Positions 9,208 to 18,834 of a stretch of DNA of 32,000 bases are shown in pieces (position 1 is the stretch's first letter; each line of letters opens with the position of its first letter). A model generated the notes under the pieces. That model had not been told where the DNA came from, made no database searches, and worked only from the letters and a program-made list of their open reading frames with translations. Source of the DNA: Bellilinea caldifistulae (lineage in GTDB: Bacteria > Chloroflexota > Anaerolineae > Anaerolineales > Anaerolineaceae); contig NZ_LGHJ01000007.1 in the NCBI RefSeq assembly GCF_001306055.1, positions 66,645-98,644 on the forward strand, in the 5' to 3' direction. A program made the translations under genes and the position numbers.

Positions 9208-9969
9208 CTACCCAGCCAAACTTTTAATGAAAAACCCTGCTTCTTCTAAAGCCAATCGCACTCTCCAAACAATTTCTTTAGCACTCGGAGAATCTCCGTG
9301 AATACACAGTGTGTCCACCTTAAGGGTTGTGTTTGAATTTTCCGATTGGATTGCAATCCCCTCGCTTGCCAAACACACGGCTTGTTGAGCAGCTTTCAGC
9401 GGATCATGGATGATTGAGCCAGCCCAACCGCGTGGCATTAACCTTCCATCTTGAAGATAACCACGCTCTATAAACCCCTCATTTGCCGTTTTCATACCAT
9501 ATTCCAACCCCATTGTTACCAAAACCGACCCGGCCAGACCGACAATGATTAATTCACGGCTAAAACGCCTGACTGCAAGGACAATGGCCTTGGCTACTTG
9601 AGCATCCTCGGCTGCCTGATTGTAAAGCGCTCCATGTGGTTTAACGTGGGTCATTTCTGCGCCACTCGCCCGAACGAAACTCCACAAGGCTCCAATCTGG
9701 TACAAAACCATCGCTTCCACCTCTTCTGGTGCCATTTCCATCTTACGCCGCCCAAAACCTTGCAGGTCCGGATAACCGGGATGTGCGCCGATTGCCAGAT
9801 GATGTTTAACCGCTTTCTCGACCGTTTTTTGGATTACAACTGGATCACCCGCGTGGAAACCACACGCCAGATTAACTGAACTCAGAAAAGGCATCAGATC
9901 TTCGTCCATTCCCAATGTGTACCGTCCAAAACTTTCACCCATGTCGCAATTAAGATCAATCGTTTTCAT
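9208..9969 (-). CDS. pxpA: 5-oxoprolinase subunit A (LamB/YcsF family)
   Basis: 'MKTIDLNCDMGESFG...ACGFHAGDP...GAHPGYPD...VKPHGALYN' matches the PxpA pattern. ATG 9969 overlaps the pxpC stop (ATGA), so the 8 upstream codons of the track ORF are rejected. Confidence 0.85.
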   Translation of the reverse strand: MKTIDLNCDMGESFGRYTLGMDEDLMPFLSSVNLACGFHAGDPVVIQKTVEKAVKHHLAIGAHPGYPDLQGFGRRKMEMAPEEVEAMVLYQIGALWSFVRASGAEMTHVKPHGALYNQAAEDAQVAKAIVLAVRRFSRELIIVGLAGSVLVTMGLEYGMKTANEGFIERGYLQDGRLMPRGWAGSIIHDPLKAAQQAVCLASEGIAIQSENSNTTLKVDTLCIHGDSPSAKEIVWRVRLALEEAGFFIKSLAG

Positions 9970-10949
9970 TGAATAGATCCAGCCCTTTCCCAAAGTTCCG
10001 AGTTGTATGGATCAGTATCCAAAAATTCGAGCCTTCGACTCAAAACCATATACGCTTCTCTTGCTTGTTCAGGAGAAACCGAGCAAAACTGAATCTGACT
10101 TCTGAGAGGTTCGCATTGCGCTAACAGGGGTAAATCTGCCCGTATCACCACACCTATAATTGGATAACCACCGCTGGTTGGAGAATCCGCCATCATGACA
10201 ATTGGTTCTCCATTGGGGGGAATCTGAATTGCCCCAGGGAGCATTCCCAAGGAGATCAAATTGCCCGAGAAATTCACTGTTAATGGTTCGCCTTGCAGTC
10301 TGTACCCGCTTCGGTTAGACGAAGAAGAAATCACATAAGTTTTCTGAAAAAACGAATTATAAACATCTTGATTGAACCAACTGGAGTGCGGCCCAACCAC
10401 AACTCGGATAACAGGATCGGGTTGATAGTATTGAATCGCCTCGATTGAAAAAGAACGATCGCGTATCCCTTCCTGGCCCTTTACGGGTTCGCCAATTTTC
10501 AATTGATCCCCCTTCATGAGAAAGCGCCCAAACCCACCGCCGAAACCACCCACCAGGGATGTTGAGCGCGACCCCATGAGAGGCTTTACATCAATTCCTC
10601 CATGAAATGCAATGACTGCCCACATCCCACCCCCTTCGTGATCAACTTGGACGATTTGACCCGATTGCACTGCGATGGATTGCCACAGGCTCATCAATTG
10701 TCCATCCAGTCGAAGAGAAAACCCTTTCCCACACACGGCCATCAACAAATTTTTCAACGCTCGAAATCGAAAACCGCCCAATCCGATCTCAATACACGCC
10801 AATTCATCTGGATTTCCAACCAGCCTGTTGGCTGCTCGCAAGGCGAATTCGTCCACTGCACCGCTGCGCGGTACTCCAAACTGTCCCCAACCATATCGCC
10901 CCAAATCCTGGATTGTCGAGAAATAGCCGCCGTCTAAAATTTCAATCAT
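9966..10949 (-). CDS. pxpC: 5-oxoprolinase subunit C (KipA / allophanate hydrolase subunit 2 family)
   Basis: 'MIEILDGGYFSTIQDLGRYGWGQFGVPRSGAVD' is the typical family N-terminus, and 'SGGYPIIGVV' is also present. The start at ATG 10949 overlaps the pxpB end by 8 nt. Confidence 0.85.
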   Translation of the reverse strand: MIEILDGGYFSTIQDLGRYGWGQFGVPRSGAVDEFALRAANRLVGNPDELACIEIGLGGFRFRALKNLLMAVCGKGFSLRLDGQLMSLWQSIAVQSGQIVQVDHEGGGMWAVIAFHGGIDVKPLMGSRSTSLVGGFGGGFGRFLMKGDQLKIGEPVKGQEGIRDRSFSIEAIQYYQPDPVIRVVVGPHSSWFNQDVYNSFFQKTYVISSSSNRSGYRLQGEPLTVNFSGNLISLGMLPGAIQIPPNGEPIVMMADSPTSGGYPIIGVVIRADLPLLAQCEPLRSQIQFCSVSPEQAREAYMVLSRRLEFLDTDPYNSELWERAGSIQ

Positions 10950-11619
10950 GGCTAATGATGTCATTCCCAACAGGTATAAATCGTAGTCGGTCCCCTGGTT
11001 TGAGCAAAAAATAGGGAGCTTCTTCAGGATTGAACAATTGCACAGGAGTCCAACCAATCAATTGCCAGCCGCCAGCCGATTCGTTTGGATAAATTCCAGT
11101 TTGATTTCCAGCAATGCCCACCGAGCCGGCTGGTACACGGGTTCGGGGTGAAGAAAGACGCGGGGTGGCAATCCTTGGATTCATTCCGCCAAGATACGGA
11201 AAACCGGGACTAAAACCCATCATGAATACTGTATATTCCCCCTCACTATGAAGGCGGATTACCTCGGCGGGAGTTAAGCGGTTGTATTCAGCCACAAAAT
11301 CCAGATCAGGCCCATAATCTCCCCCATAAATTGTTGGTATCTCTATCATCTTGCCTCGACGATAGAATGCCATCTGTATTCGATCTAGCCCTTCAAATAT
11401 CATATTGTAAAGAGTATCTAAATCAACCTGAAAAGGGTCAAATTCGATAAGCAATGAGGCATAGGCGGGAATCAATTCCCTGATTCCATGGATATTTGAA
11501 AGGCGCAACCATTCACTTAAGTGGTGAACTCGCCGATTCACCTCGAAATCAATTTTATCTCCAAGAATGACCAGCAATCCGTATTCACCGAATGGCTCAA
11601 TGTGAAAATGGGTTCTCAT
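10942..11619 (-). CDS. pxpB: 5-oxoprolinase subunit B (KipI / allophanate hydrolase subunit 1 family)
   Basis: 'FMMGFSPGFPYLGGM...PRLSSPRTRVPAGSVGIAGNQTGIYP...GGWQLIGWTP' is colinear with the E. coli PxpB pattern as I remember it. ATG 11619 is preferred to the TTG at 11664, but no clear SD is present. Confidence 0.8.
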   Translation of the reverse strand: MRTHFHIEPFGEYGLLVILGDKIDFEVNRRVHHLSEWLRLSNIHGIRELIPAYASLLIEFDPFQVDLDTLYNMIFEGLDRIQMAFYRRGKMIEIPTIYGGDYGPDLDFVAEYNRLTPAEVIRLHSEGEYTVFMMGFSPGFPYLGGMNPRIATPRLSSPRTRVPAGSVGIAGNQTGIYPNESAGGWQLIGWTPVQLFNPEEAPYFLLKPGDRLRFIPVGNDIISHD

Positions 11620-11670
11620 GGAATTAAACCCGATTTTGCGTTTGTGTTCAAAACGCGCGATCAAATAGGG

Positions 11671-12933
11671 TCAGCGCCGCACGTGACCGTCACCCACAAT
11701 GACCCACTTGTATGATGTAAGTTCCTTCAATCCCATCGGTCCACGCGCATGAATTTTTTGCGTCGAAACCGCAACCTCGGCACCCAACCCCAATTGTCCT
11801 CCATCAGTAAACCGAGTACTGGCATTAACATAAACCGCGGCCGAGTCCACTCTTTGGATAAACATTTCGATATTTTCTGGGCTGGTGGATAGTATACCAT
11901 CGGAGTGAGCAGTTGAATGCTGTTCAATGTGCTCTATGGCTTCATCTATATTATCCACAATTTTTACCCCAAGCACCAGAGATAACCACTCTGTATCAAA
12001 ATCCCCTTCCCCTGCCACTTGATATACCCTCGATGGTTGTAAATTGAGCAGCTTTAAAACGGATTGATCTAAACGAAACGTCACGCCGGCATTACTCAAT
12101 TGCTCAAAAACCTTGGGTAAAATTGTGCGAGCGATACCACGATGGACAAGCAATGTATCCAAAGCATTACATACCGTTGGTCTTTGAACTTTCGCATTGA
12201 AGATGACCTCAACAGACTTTTCAACATCAGCGCTTTCATCAACAAATAAATGGCAGATTCCGATACCGCCAACGATTACCGGTATCTGGCTATTTTCTCT
12301 ACAAAATTGATGTAATTTTGCACCACCGCGAGGAATAATCAGGTCAACATAGGATGGCATCTTCAGTAAATCCAGTACATAACGACGCTCAGGACTCTCA
12401 ATCAATTGAACTACCTGTGAAGGTAAACCCTGCTTTTGCAATGCCATCTGGATGATTTCTACCAATGCCCGGTTGCTCTCAATCGTTTCACTCCCTCCCC
12501 TAAGAATAACCGCATTACCAGACTTGAGCGCAAGGCAAGAAACATCAATTGTCACATTTGGTCTGGATTCGTAAATCACTCCCAAGACCCCGATTGGTAC
12601 CCGCAGTTTACGAACTTGCAGCCCGTTTGGTAACACTTGTTCATCCAAAATCTCTTTGAGCGGGTCAGGCAGGTCTATGACTCGTTGAATATCGGCTACT
12701 ATTCCTTCCAATCGAGAAGGAGTAATCAATAGGCGGTCTATCATTGCATCTGAAAGACCCTGCTGACGAGCATTTTCCACATCTTTTTCATTGGCCGCCA
12801 ATATATTGGTTTGTTTCTCTAACAACAATTGGCCAATATCCCGTAAAACATTATTTCGTTGTTCGGTCGGGGTTATTGAAAGTATCCTCGCACTACTCCT
12901 GGCTCGTTTTCCGATTTCACTTAAGTCAACCAT
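11671..12933 (-). CDS. proA: Glutamate-5-semialdehyde dehydrogenase (gamma-glutamyl phosphate reductase)
   Basis: 420-aa ORF with full-length ProA-like sequence ('IYESRPNVT', 'AVILRGGSE', catalytic Cys in 'VCNALDTLLVH', 'HSDGI'). It overlaps proB by 8 nt. Confidence 0.95.
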   Translation of the reverse strand: MVDLSEIGKRARSSARILSITPTEQRNNVLRDIGQLLLEKQTNILAANEKDVENARQQGLSDAMIDRLLITPSRLEGIVADIQRVIDLPDPLKEILDEQVLPNGLQVRKLRVPIGVLGVIYESRPNVTIDVSCLALKSGNAVILRGGSETIESNRALVEIIQMALQKQGLPSQVVQLIESPERRYVLDLLKMPSYVDLIIPRGGAKLHQFCRENSQIPVIVGGIGICHLFVDESADVEKSVEVIFNAKVQRPTVCNALDTLLVHRGIARTILPKVFEQLSNAGVTFRLDQSVLKLLNLQPSRVYQVAGEGDFDTEWLSLVLGVKIVDNIDEAIEHIEQHSTAHSDGILSTSPENIEMFIQRVDSAAVYVNASTRFTDGGQLGLGAEVAVSTQKIHARGPMGLKELTSYKWVIVGDGHVRR

Positions 12934-14059
12934 TGCAATTCCTCTCGATGGATTGGATCATCACTAAATTATTGCGGTGGATTACCTCATCCCCGTAGGT
13001 ATACCCTAAAATTGTTTCTATTTCGGTGGATTGGTGTCCGATCAATTTTTCCAAATCACGAGCTGCATAATTGGTAATGCCCATTGCAACCGAACTGGCC
13101 TTTCCGCACAACACTTCAACGGCATCCCCCCGTTCAAAATCCCCCGACACTTTGGTAATCCCAATGGGCAATAAACTCCGTCCTCTAATCAGAGCCAGTT
13201 CTGCACCTGCATCAATGTAAATTTGTCCGTTGCCTTTTGCGGCAGTCAGAATGTATCGTTTTCTTGCTTCTATTTTGTTTAATACAGGTGAGAAATAGGT
13301 ACCGATTGGCTCGTTATTGACTATGCGCAATATATTAAGTGGCACACTTCCGGAAGCGACTACGACAGCACAGCCTGAGCGACGCGCCAGATCAGCTGCT
13401 TGAAGTTTTGTAATCATACCACCTGTACCCACCCCACTAACACTGCCACCAGCCGCAGCCCACATTTCAGGAGGTATTTCAGCGCTCTCGATTCGACCGA
13501 ATAGTCTTGCATGAGGATTTCGACGTGGGTCTTGATCATAAACGCCGTCCTGATCGGTTAGTAAAATCAACAAATCCGCCTCGATCAGACTTGCCACCTG
13601 AGCAGAAAGATTGTCGTTATCCCCAAAACGGATTTCTTCAGTAGCGACGGTGTCATTTTCATTGATGATGGGTATAACAGATTGATGGATCAGCGCCTCA
13701 AGGGTGCTGCGAGCATTCAGGTAACGCCGCCGGTCAGTTAAGTCTGCTCTGGTGAGCAGCACCTGGGCAACTTTTTCTTCGTAGATGGCAAAAAAGCGTT
13801 CGTACATTTCCATCAAACGAGGTTGCCCAATTGCAGCCAGCATTTGTTTCGCGGGTATGAATTTAGGTAATTCAGGGTACCCTAAAGCCTCTCTGCCGGC
13901 GGCGATTGCACCCGAGGAAACCAGCAAAACCTGAATCCCGCTTTGTTTTAATTGACAAATCGCTTTGACCAGATCAATCACCCTCGGGGGCGAAATGTGC
14001 CTTCCACCCGCTGTAAGTGTAGAAGATCCTACTTTTATTACGACTCGCTGATAATTCAT
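12926..14059 (-). CDS. proB: Glutamate 5-kinase with a C-terminal PUA domain
   Basis: 377-aa ORF with 'VIKVGSSTLT', 'LVSSGAIAAG', 'GDNDNLSA' and 'GTGGMITKLQAA'. The C-terminal PUA-like segment is 'GDFERGDAVEV'. Confidence 0.95.
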   Translation of the reverse strand: MNYQRVVIKVGSSTLTAGGRHISPPRVIDLVKAICQLKQSGIQVLLVSSGAIAAGREALGYPELPKFIPAKQMLAAIGQPRLMEMYERFFAIYEEKVAQVLLTRADLTDRRRYLNARSTLEALIHQSVIPIINENDTVATEEIRFGDNDNLSAQVASLIEADLLILLTDQDGVYDQDPRRNPHARLFGRIESAEIPPEMWAAAGGSVSGVGTGGMITKLQAADLARRSGCAVVVASGSVPLNILRIVNNEPIGTYFSPVLNKIEARKRYILTAAKGNGQIYIDAGAELALIRGRSLLPIGITKVSGDFERGDAVEVLCGKASSVAMGITNYAARDLEKLIGHQSTEIETILGYTYGDEVIHRNNLVMIQSIERNCNG

Positions 14060-14074
14060 TGGGCTTGTTCGATC

Positions 14075-15826
14075 CTAAGAGATGAGTTTCAATAAAGCCT
14101 TGGCAGCCATCAAAGGACCTTCCTGTTCCTTACCAGGGACACCCAGTTGGGTTCTTAATTCTCCGACAAACACATTTTGTTTAAATAACTGATCAAAATA
14201 TCGGACAGCCAATTCTTCATGCAAATCCTGATATTGAGGCGGGCCGAAGATATTTGCAAAGTAACTGTGCACCAGACCCTTTGTGTTGGTAGTCCCCTTA
14301 CTCATTACCGCTCCGGAGCGGAACACTTCAAGTGCATCTTGAGCATTTTCAAAACGGCGAATAATCGGATAGTCCTGATCAACCACCTCGTAGTTATTGG
14401 CATACAAGAATACATCCACTGGGTAGCCGCGCATGACTTCATCATACGTCGTAATCGGGATAACTACCCGAGCGTTGGTCTGATCCGGATTCATAATAAT
14501 CGTGCGGTCAATTTGCCCCCACGCATAACCCGACTGAAGGTCATCCAATCTCACAAACGCCCCAATTTCTGTACCAAAACCTGCAACTTTTCCACTCGAG
14601 TCAATTTGAAGAGAGCCCATATCATCTGCAATGGGAATTAATTCTTCAACCTCATCACCGGCTATTTGTCGTAACGCTTCCAGAGTTTCAGATTTTCCAG
14701 CACCTGTGTCTCCTACAATTAACACATTGGATTCCTTGCCTGAGCGCATGCGTATGTGAAAATAAGCCCCATGATAAGGCAGCCGGCCTCTTTTCATCAC
14801 AATAATATTATGCAAGGTCAACACCATTTTCTTTAGATAACCAAAATATCCAAATTCATCTCGACAAGGCACGGCAGCTACCAGCATGTGATTTTCTTCG
14901 TCGTCGTAGAAGATCGTTTGACTTTGACCCTCCATTAATCCGGGGATTTCTGGAACGCCAAACAGGTATATGGCATCGGGTTGCTGAGTAATCTGGTCAC
15001 TCTCGGCCAGCTCAAATAAATTACATAAAGAAAATCCCAGCTCAAAGAAGCGCATCGAAAAATAGATCATGACAACCAGATCACCAACCTTCGCTGGATA
15101 ACAGACCCATTCTTCCGGATCCAAATGCAAGCCCCGTACCGGATTGAAATTTACCCGCTCGAACATGCCTTTTCTTTTGTTTGAAGGTGAGTTGAAAATC
15201 ATTGGCGGGTAAATCATGATTTGTCGGATAATCGAGATGTTTTTTAAGGCGGTATAATCGCCATTCGGGTATGGAATTGGCGCAGGTAATGCAATTGCGC
15301 CAATTTCGACGCCCGCACTCACCTGCCGATAAACACGCGGATGACTTCCGGTAATGTTTTCCTGAATATCCCGATAAGTGCTGCGCACAACATGCATCAA
15401 CCGCTCAACCGTTTCGGCAAAGGTGCGGTAAGGACGCCGATCCATTTCATCCAGCGTTCGATCGCAAATCAGGACACGATGGAGACTCCGCCAGTAGTTG
15501 TATAAATTTTCAACAAAATCATAGATTAAATCGCGTTCGGTCAAGAACTTCCTGGCCGGTTCATGAACTTTAATCACCAAATCGGCGGGTAACTTGACCA
15601 GAAAGCGAAAAGTATCAATCATTTCGGTAATCGCCTTTTCGGAAACCTGACGATTTGGGAACAAATTCAAGAATCGGGATTCTCGCTTTTGTAAATGGCG
15701 TATAAAATCCCACAATACATCCCGGAACAAAGGACTGGTGAGCAGCTCCTCCGAATTCTCACAAATCTTCCCCCGTAATCTCAAAACAACTTTACCATCG
15801 TACATTTGATAGGACAATGCTTCCAT
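14075..15826 (-). CDS. Uncharacterised 583-aa protein: large unknown N-terminal region plus a C-terminal HprK/PEP-carboxykinase-like P-loop kinase core
   Basis: ORF with SD GAGGAG before ATG 15826. The C-terminal motifs are 'LPYHGAYF...VLIVGDTGAGKSETLEAL...IADDMGSL...GTEIGAFVRLDDL'. These parallel HprK/P ('LHG...ITGDSGVGKSETALEL...ADD...EIRGLG') and ATP-PEPCK kinase motifs. I recognise no family for the first roughly 350 aa. Confidence 0.55.
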   Translation of the reverse strand: MEALSYQMYDGKVVLRLRGKICENSEELLTSPLFRDVLWDFIRHLQKRESRFLNLFPNRQVSEKAITEMIDTFRFLVKLPADLVIKVHEPARKFLTERDLIYDFVENLYNYWRSLHRVLICDRTLDEMDRRPYRTFAETVERLMHVVRSTYRDIQENITGSHPRVYRQVSAGVEIGAIALPAPIPYPNGDYTALKNISIIRQIMIYPPMIFNSPSNKRKGMFERVNFNPVRGLHLDPEEWVCYPAKVGDLVVMIYFSMRFFELGFSLCNLFELAESDQITQQPDAIYLFGVPEIPGLMEGQSQTIFYDDEENHMLVAAVPCRDEFGYFGYLKKMVLTLHNIIVMKRGRLPYHGAYFHIRMRSGKESNVLIVGDTGAGKSETLEALRQIAGDEVEELIPIADDMGSLQIDSSGKVAGFGTEIGAFVRLDDLQSGYAWGQIDRTIIMNPDQTNARVVIPITTYDEVMRGYPVDVFLYANNYEVVDQDYPIIRRFENAQDALEVFRSGAVMSKGTTNTKGLVHSYFANIFGPPQYQDLHEELAVRYFDQLFKQNVFVGELRTQLGVPGKEQEGPLMAAKALLKLIS

Positions 15827-15872
15827 TTTTGCTCCTCGCCTGAGTGAAAATTTTGAAATATGTTTATTGCTG

Positions 15873-17177
15873 TCAAATGATCCCCACCCGCTCTTCTAAC
15901 ATCTGAGTCGTCAAGGATTTCGGGCGTTCAATCGGCTTGCCCAATGCGCGTGCCCAAATCGCATGGGCAGTCAGCCCTAATAATCGGCTCACGCCAAACA
16001 AAACGGTGTAAAAATCAACCTCCCGCACCCCGTAATAATACTGCAGACAGCCGTTGATTGCGTCCACATTCGGTCTTGGATTTTTGATCTTCCCATTTTC
16101 TCCCAGAATGGAAGGGGCCAGGCGGTAGACCTGCTTAACCAATTGGAATAATGGATCCTGAGGCAAAAATTGTTCCGCAAATTCCATTTGGGCGGTGAAG
16201 CGTGGATCAGTTACCCTCAATACCGCATGGCCGTAACCAGGGATCACATAGCCCGCCGACAACTGATTGCGAATGTACCCCTCCAATTCTTCGTCTGAGG
16301 GTAACCTTTGAAAATGATCATACACATTCAGCAGCCACCGAATACATTCTTGGTTGGCAAGCCCATGCAACGGGCCAGCCAGGCCATTCATTCCAGCGGC
16401 AGAAGAAAGGTAAATATCGGAGAGCGCTGAACTGACCAGATGGGAGGTATGAGCGCTCACATTGGCGCCTTCGTGGTCAGAATGGATGACAAGATACAAA
16501 CGCATCAATTCCTGATACTCCCAATCCGATCCCTTACCAATCATTTGCGCAAAACTGGCACTCCAATCCAGATTGGGATCTGGGGGTTCTACCTTGCCGT
16601 CCTTGTACTTCCAGCAGTATATGAACGCAGCAATTTGAGGAATTTTCGCCGTCAGATTCAAACTATCTTCTAAATAATATTCCCAATACTGCGATTTCTG
16701 CACGCCTTCCAGGTAAGCTCTGGCAAAGAGGGATTGTGGCTGCAACGCCATAATTGCCTGACTGAAAAGCGTCATCGGATGGGTTTCAGGGGGCATTGAA
16801 CAAATAACGTCCCAAACATATTGGGGTACTTCTGACCGGCAACGCCAGATTTCTTCCACCTCTTCTGCTTCTTTTTGGCTCGGCAATTCGCCGGTCAAGA
16901 GCAAGTGATACAAGCCTCCCGCCAGCGGCATTCGAGAGTTTTTTGCTTTTGGTAACAATGACAAAACCTGAGAAATCGTGTACCCCCTTAGACGAATCCC
17001 CTCATAGGGATCAACATAAGAAATATCACTGATGCTGATTTGCACACCCCGAATACCGCTGAGGATTTGTTCTATGGTTACCTCTCCAACCACAAAGTTG
17101 CTATATTCTTTTTTCAACCGCTGAATCCGCTCCATCCATCGCGGTATCTGTTCTTGAATTTTCTCCTTGATAATCAT
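15873..17177 (-). CDS. gltA: Citrate synthase, eukaryotic (mitochondrial)-like type
   Basis: '[28 protein letters not shown]...[15 protein letters not shown]' and '[17 protein letters not shown]' match the mitochondrial CS signatures rather than bacterial 'GFGHRVYK'. ATG 17177 has GGGAG 5 nt upstream, so the GTG at 17189 is less likely. Confidence 0.9.
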   Translation of the reverse strand: [434 protein letters not shown]

Positions 17178-17199
17178 CCCGACTCCCACTTGTTATGAG

Positions 17200-17946
17200 T
17201 TAATGACTCAAAATTTGAGAAAGAAAAGCCCTACTGCGCTCATGAGCCGGCTGGCTGAAAAACACCTCCGGGGTTGCCCGTTCGATTATTTTTCCATAAT
17301 CCATGAAAATCACCTCATCTGCGGCTGCGCGGGCAAAACCCATCTCGTGTGTTACGACCACCATCGTAATTCCCTCTTCAGCCAGGTTCAGCATCACATC
17401 AAGAACTTCCTTGATCATCTCCGGGTCAAGCGCACTGGTGGGTTCATCAAACAACATAATTTTCGGATCTTGAGCAAGAGCACGGGCAATTGCAACACGC
17501 TGCTGCTGTCCACCCGAAAGTTGAGCCGGATAGAAACGGGCTTTATCCGCAATTCCAACTCGTTCTAGATGATGCATTGCAATTGCTTCGGCTTGAGATT
17601 TTGGAATTTTGCGGACAATTCTTTGCGCCAGGGTCACATTCTCCAAAACGGTTAAATGAGGATAAAGGTTGAAATGTTGGAACACCATACCAATTTGGGA
17701 ACGAATGGCGTTCAATTGTCTTTGATTTCCGGTGATTTTCTGCCGCTCGATCCAAATCTCACCTTCGGTAGGAGTTTCCAAATGATTTATACATCGCAAA
17801 AGGGTGGATTTACCCGAACCGCTCGGGCCGATGATGACAATCACTTGTCCTCTACGAACCGTCAGGTTAACCCCATCCAACGCTACCAAACGCCCAAATT
17901 TTTTCCTGAGATTGATCACTTGAATCATTTCATGCGTTGCGTTCAT
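17200..17946 (-). CDS. Polar amino-acid ABC transporter, ATP-binding protein (GlnQ/HisP-like)
   Basis: Walker A 'GPSGSGKST', signature '[15 protein letters not shown]', Walker B '[11 protein letters not shown]' and H-loop 'VVTHEM' are present. It overlaps the permease gene end. Confidence 0.9.
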   Translation of the reverse strand: MNATHEMIQVINLRKKFGRLVALDGVNLTVRRGQVIVIIGPSGSGKSTLLRCINHLETPTEGEIWIERQKITGNQRQLNAIRSQIGMVFQHFNLYPHLTVLENVTLAQRIVRKIPKSQAEAIAMHHLERVGIADKARFYPAQLSGGQQQRVAIARALAQDPKIMLFDEPTSALDPEMIKEVLDVMLNLAEEGITMVVVTHEMGFARAAADEVIFMDYGKIIERATPEVFFSQPAHERSRAFLSQILSH

Positions 17947-18817
17947 CTTGTCTTACTCTTCTTTCTATCCATTTGACCAAAGCAGATAACACTACCGTCA
18001 TCATCAAGTAAAGTACTGCAAGGGTGACATAGGCTTCTTGATATTGGAAAGACCTGCCAGCATACAACTTCGCGATTTGGGTAATATCCCTCACTGCCAG
18101 TACCGATACAAGCGAAGAATCTTTCAACATTGAAACGAAATCATTCCCAAGAGCGGGTAAAACATTCCTAATTGCCTGCGGAAGGATAATAAAACGCATT
18201 GCCTGCCAGTACGTCATCCCTTGTGCGCGGGCAGCTTCCATTTGGCCTCTCCCGATGGATTGAATTCCAGCCCGGAAAATCTCCGCCTGAAATGCACCAT
18301 AAGTGACAGAAAGAGCAATAATAGCACGGGTCGTCATTGGCACTGAGCTATTTTCCAGTTGTATCAACGGCTGGGCAATCAATTGCAAGCCTATTTGGGA
18401 AAACCACTCCCCAATCTGGTTCAAGAGACCGACCCCAGCAGGAACACCCACAAAAGCGATGAAAAATATCAGCACCAGCATGGGTATTCCGCGAATTAAC
18501 TCTACATACAAAGTACCCAGGTTTTGAATTACTATATTGTGCGAAATACGCCCCAGGCCAGTAAATAAACCCAAAACCAGGGCAATTCCATATGCAACCA
18601 GTGTTGTCTGAACAGTGACACCAACACCAGCCCGGATGAAGTTGAAGGCATCCTGATAACTGGGACGAGTCAAGATCAAATGCGCCGTCAGAACAAAAAC
18701 CCCAATCAATCCAACAGTCCACCAGGGAAAAAGACGGATCTTTTCTCTTATTTCAGCCCCAGTCAATTGAGGAGAGGCAATTTGCTGTTTTGCTTCAATA
18801 GTCTCTTTCACCGCCAT
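17930..18817 (-). CDS. Polar amino-acid ABC transporter permease (His/Glu/Gln/Arg/opine family)
   Basis: 295-aa hydrophobic ORF. The EAA loop '[34 protein letters not shown]' is present. SD GAGAGGA lies upstream of ATG 18817. Confidence 0.9.
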   Translation of the reverse strand: MAVKETIEAKQQIASPQLTGAEIREKIRLFPWWTVGLIGVFVLTAHLILTRPSYQDAFNFIRAGVGVTVQTTLVAYGIALVLGLFTGLGRISHNIVIQNLGTLYVELIRGIPMLVLIFFIAFVGVPAGVGLLNQIGEWFSQIGLQLIAQPLIQLENSSVPMTTRAIIALSVTYGAFQAEIFRAGIQSIGRGQMEAARAQGMTYWQAMRFIILPQAIRNVLPALGNDFVSMLKDSSLVSVLAVRDITQIAKLYAGRSFQYQEAYVTLAVLYLMMTVVLSALVKWIERRVRQDERNA

Positions 18818-18834
18818 ACCTTTATCCTCTCATT

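Noticed and set aside
9970-11664. N-terminal extensions of pxpA (to 9993), pxpC (to 11057) and pxpB (to 11664) given in the ORF track
   Set aside because: The extensions would create long overlaps with the upstream genes and use TTG/GTG starts. Internal ATGs reproduce the canonical family N-termini (MKTIDLNCDMGE, MIEILDGG) and give ATGA-type coupling.
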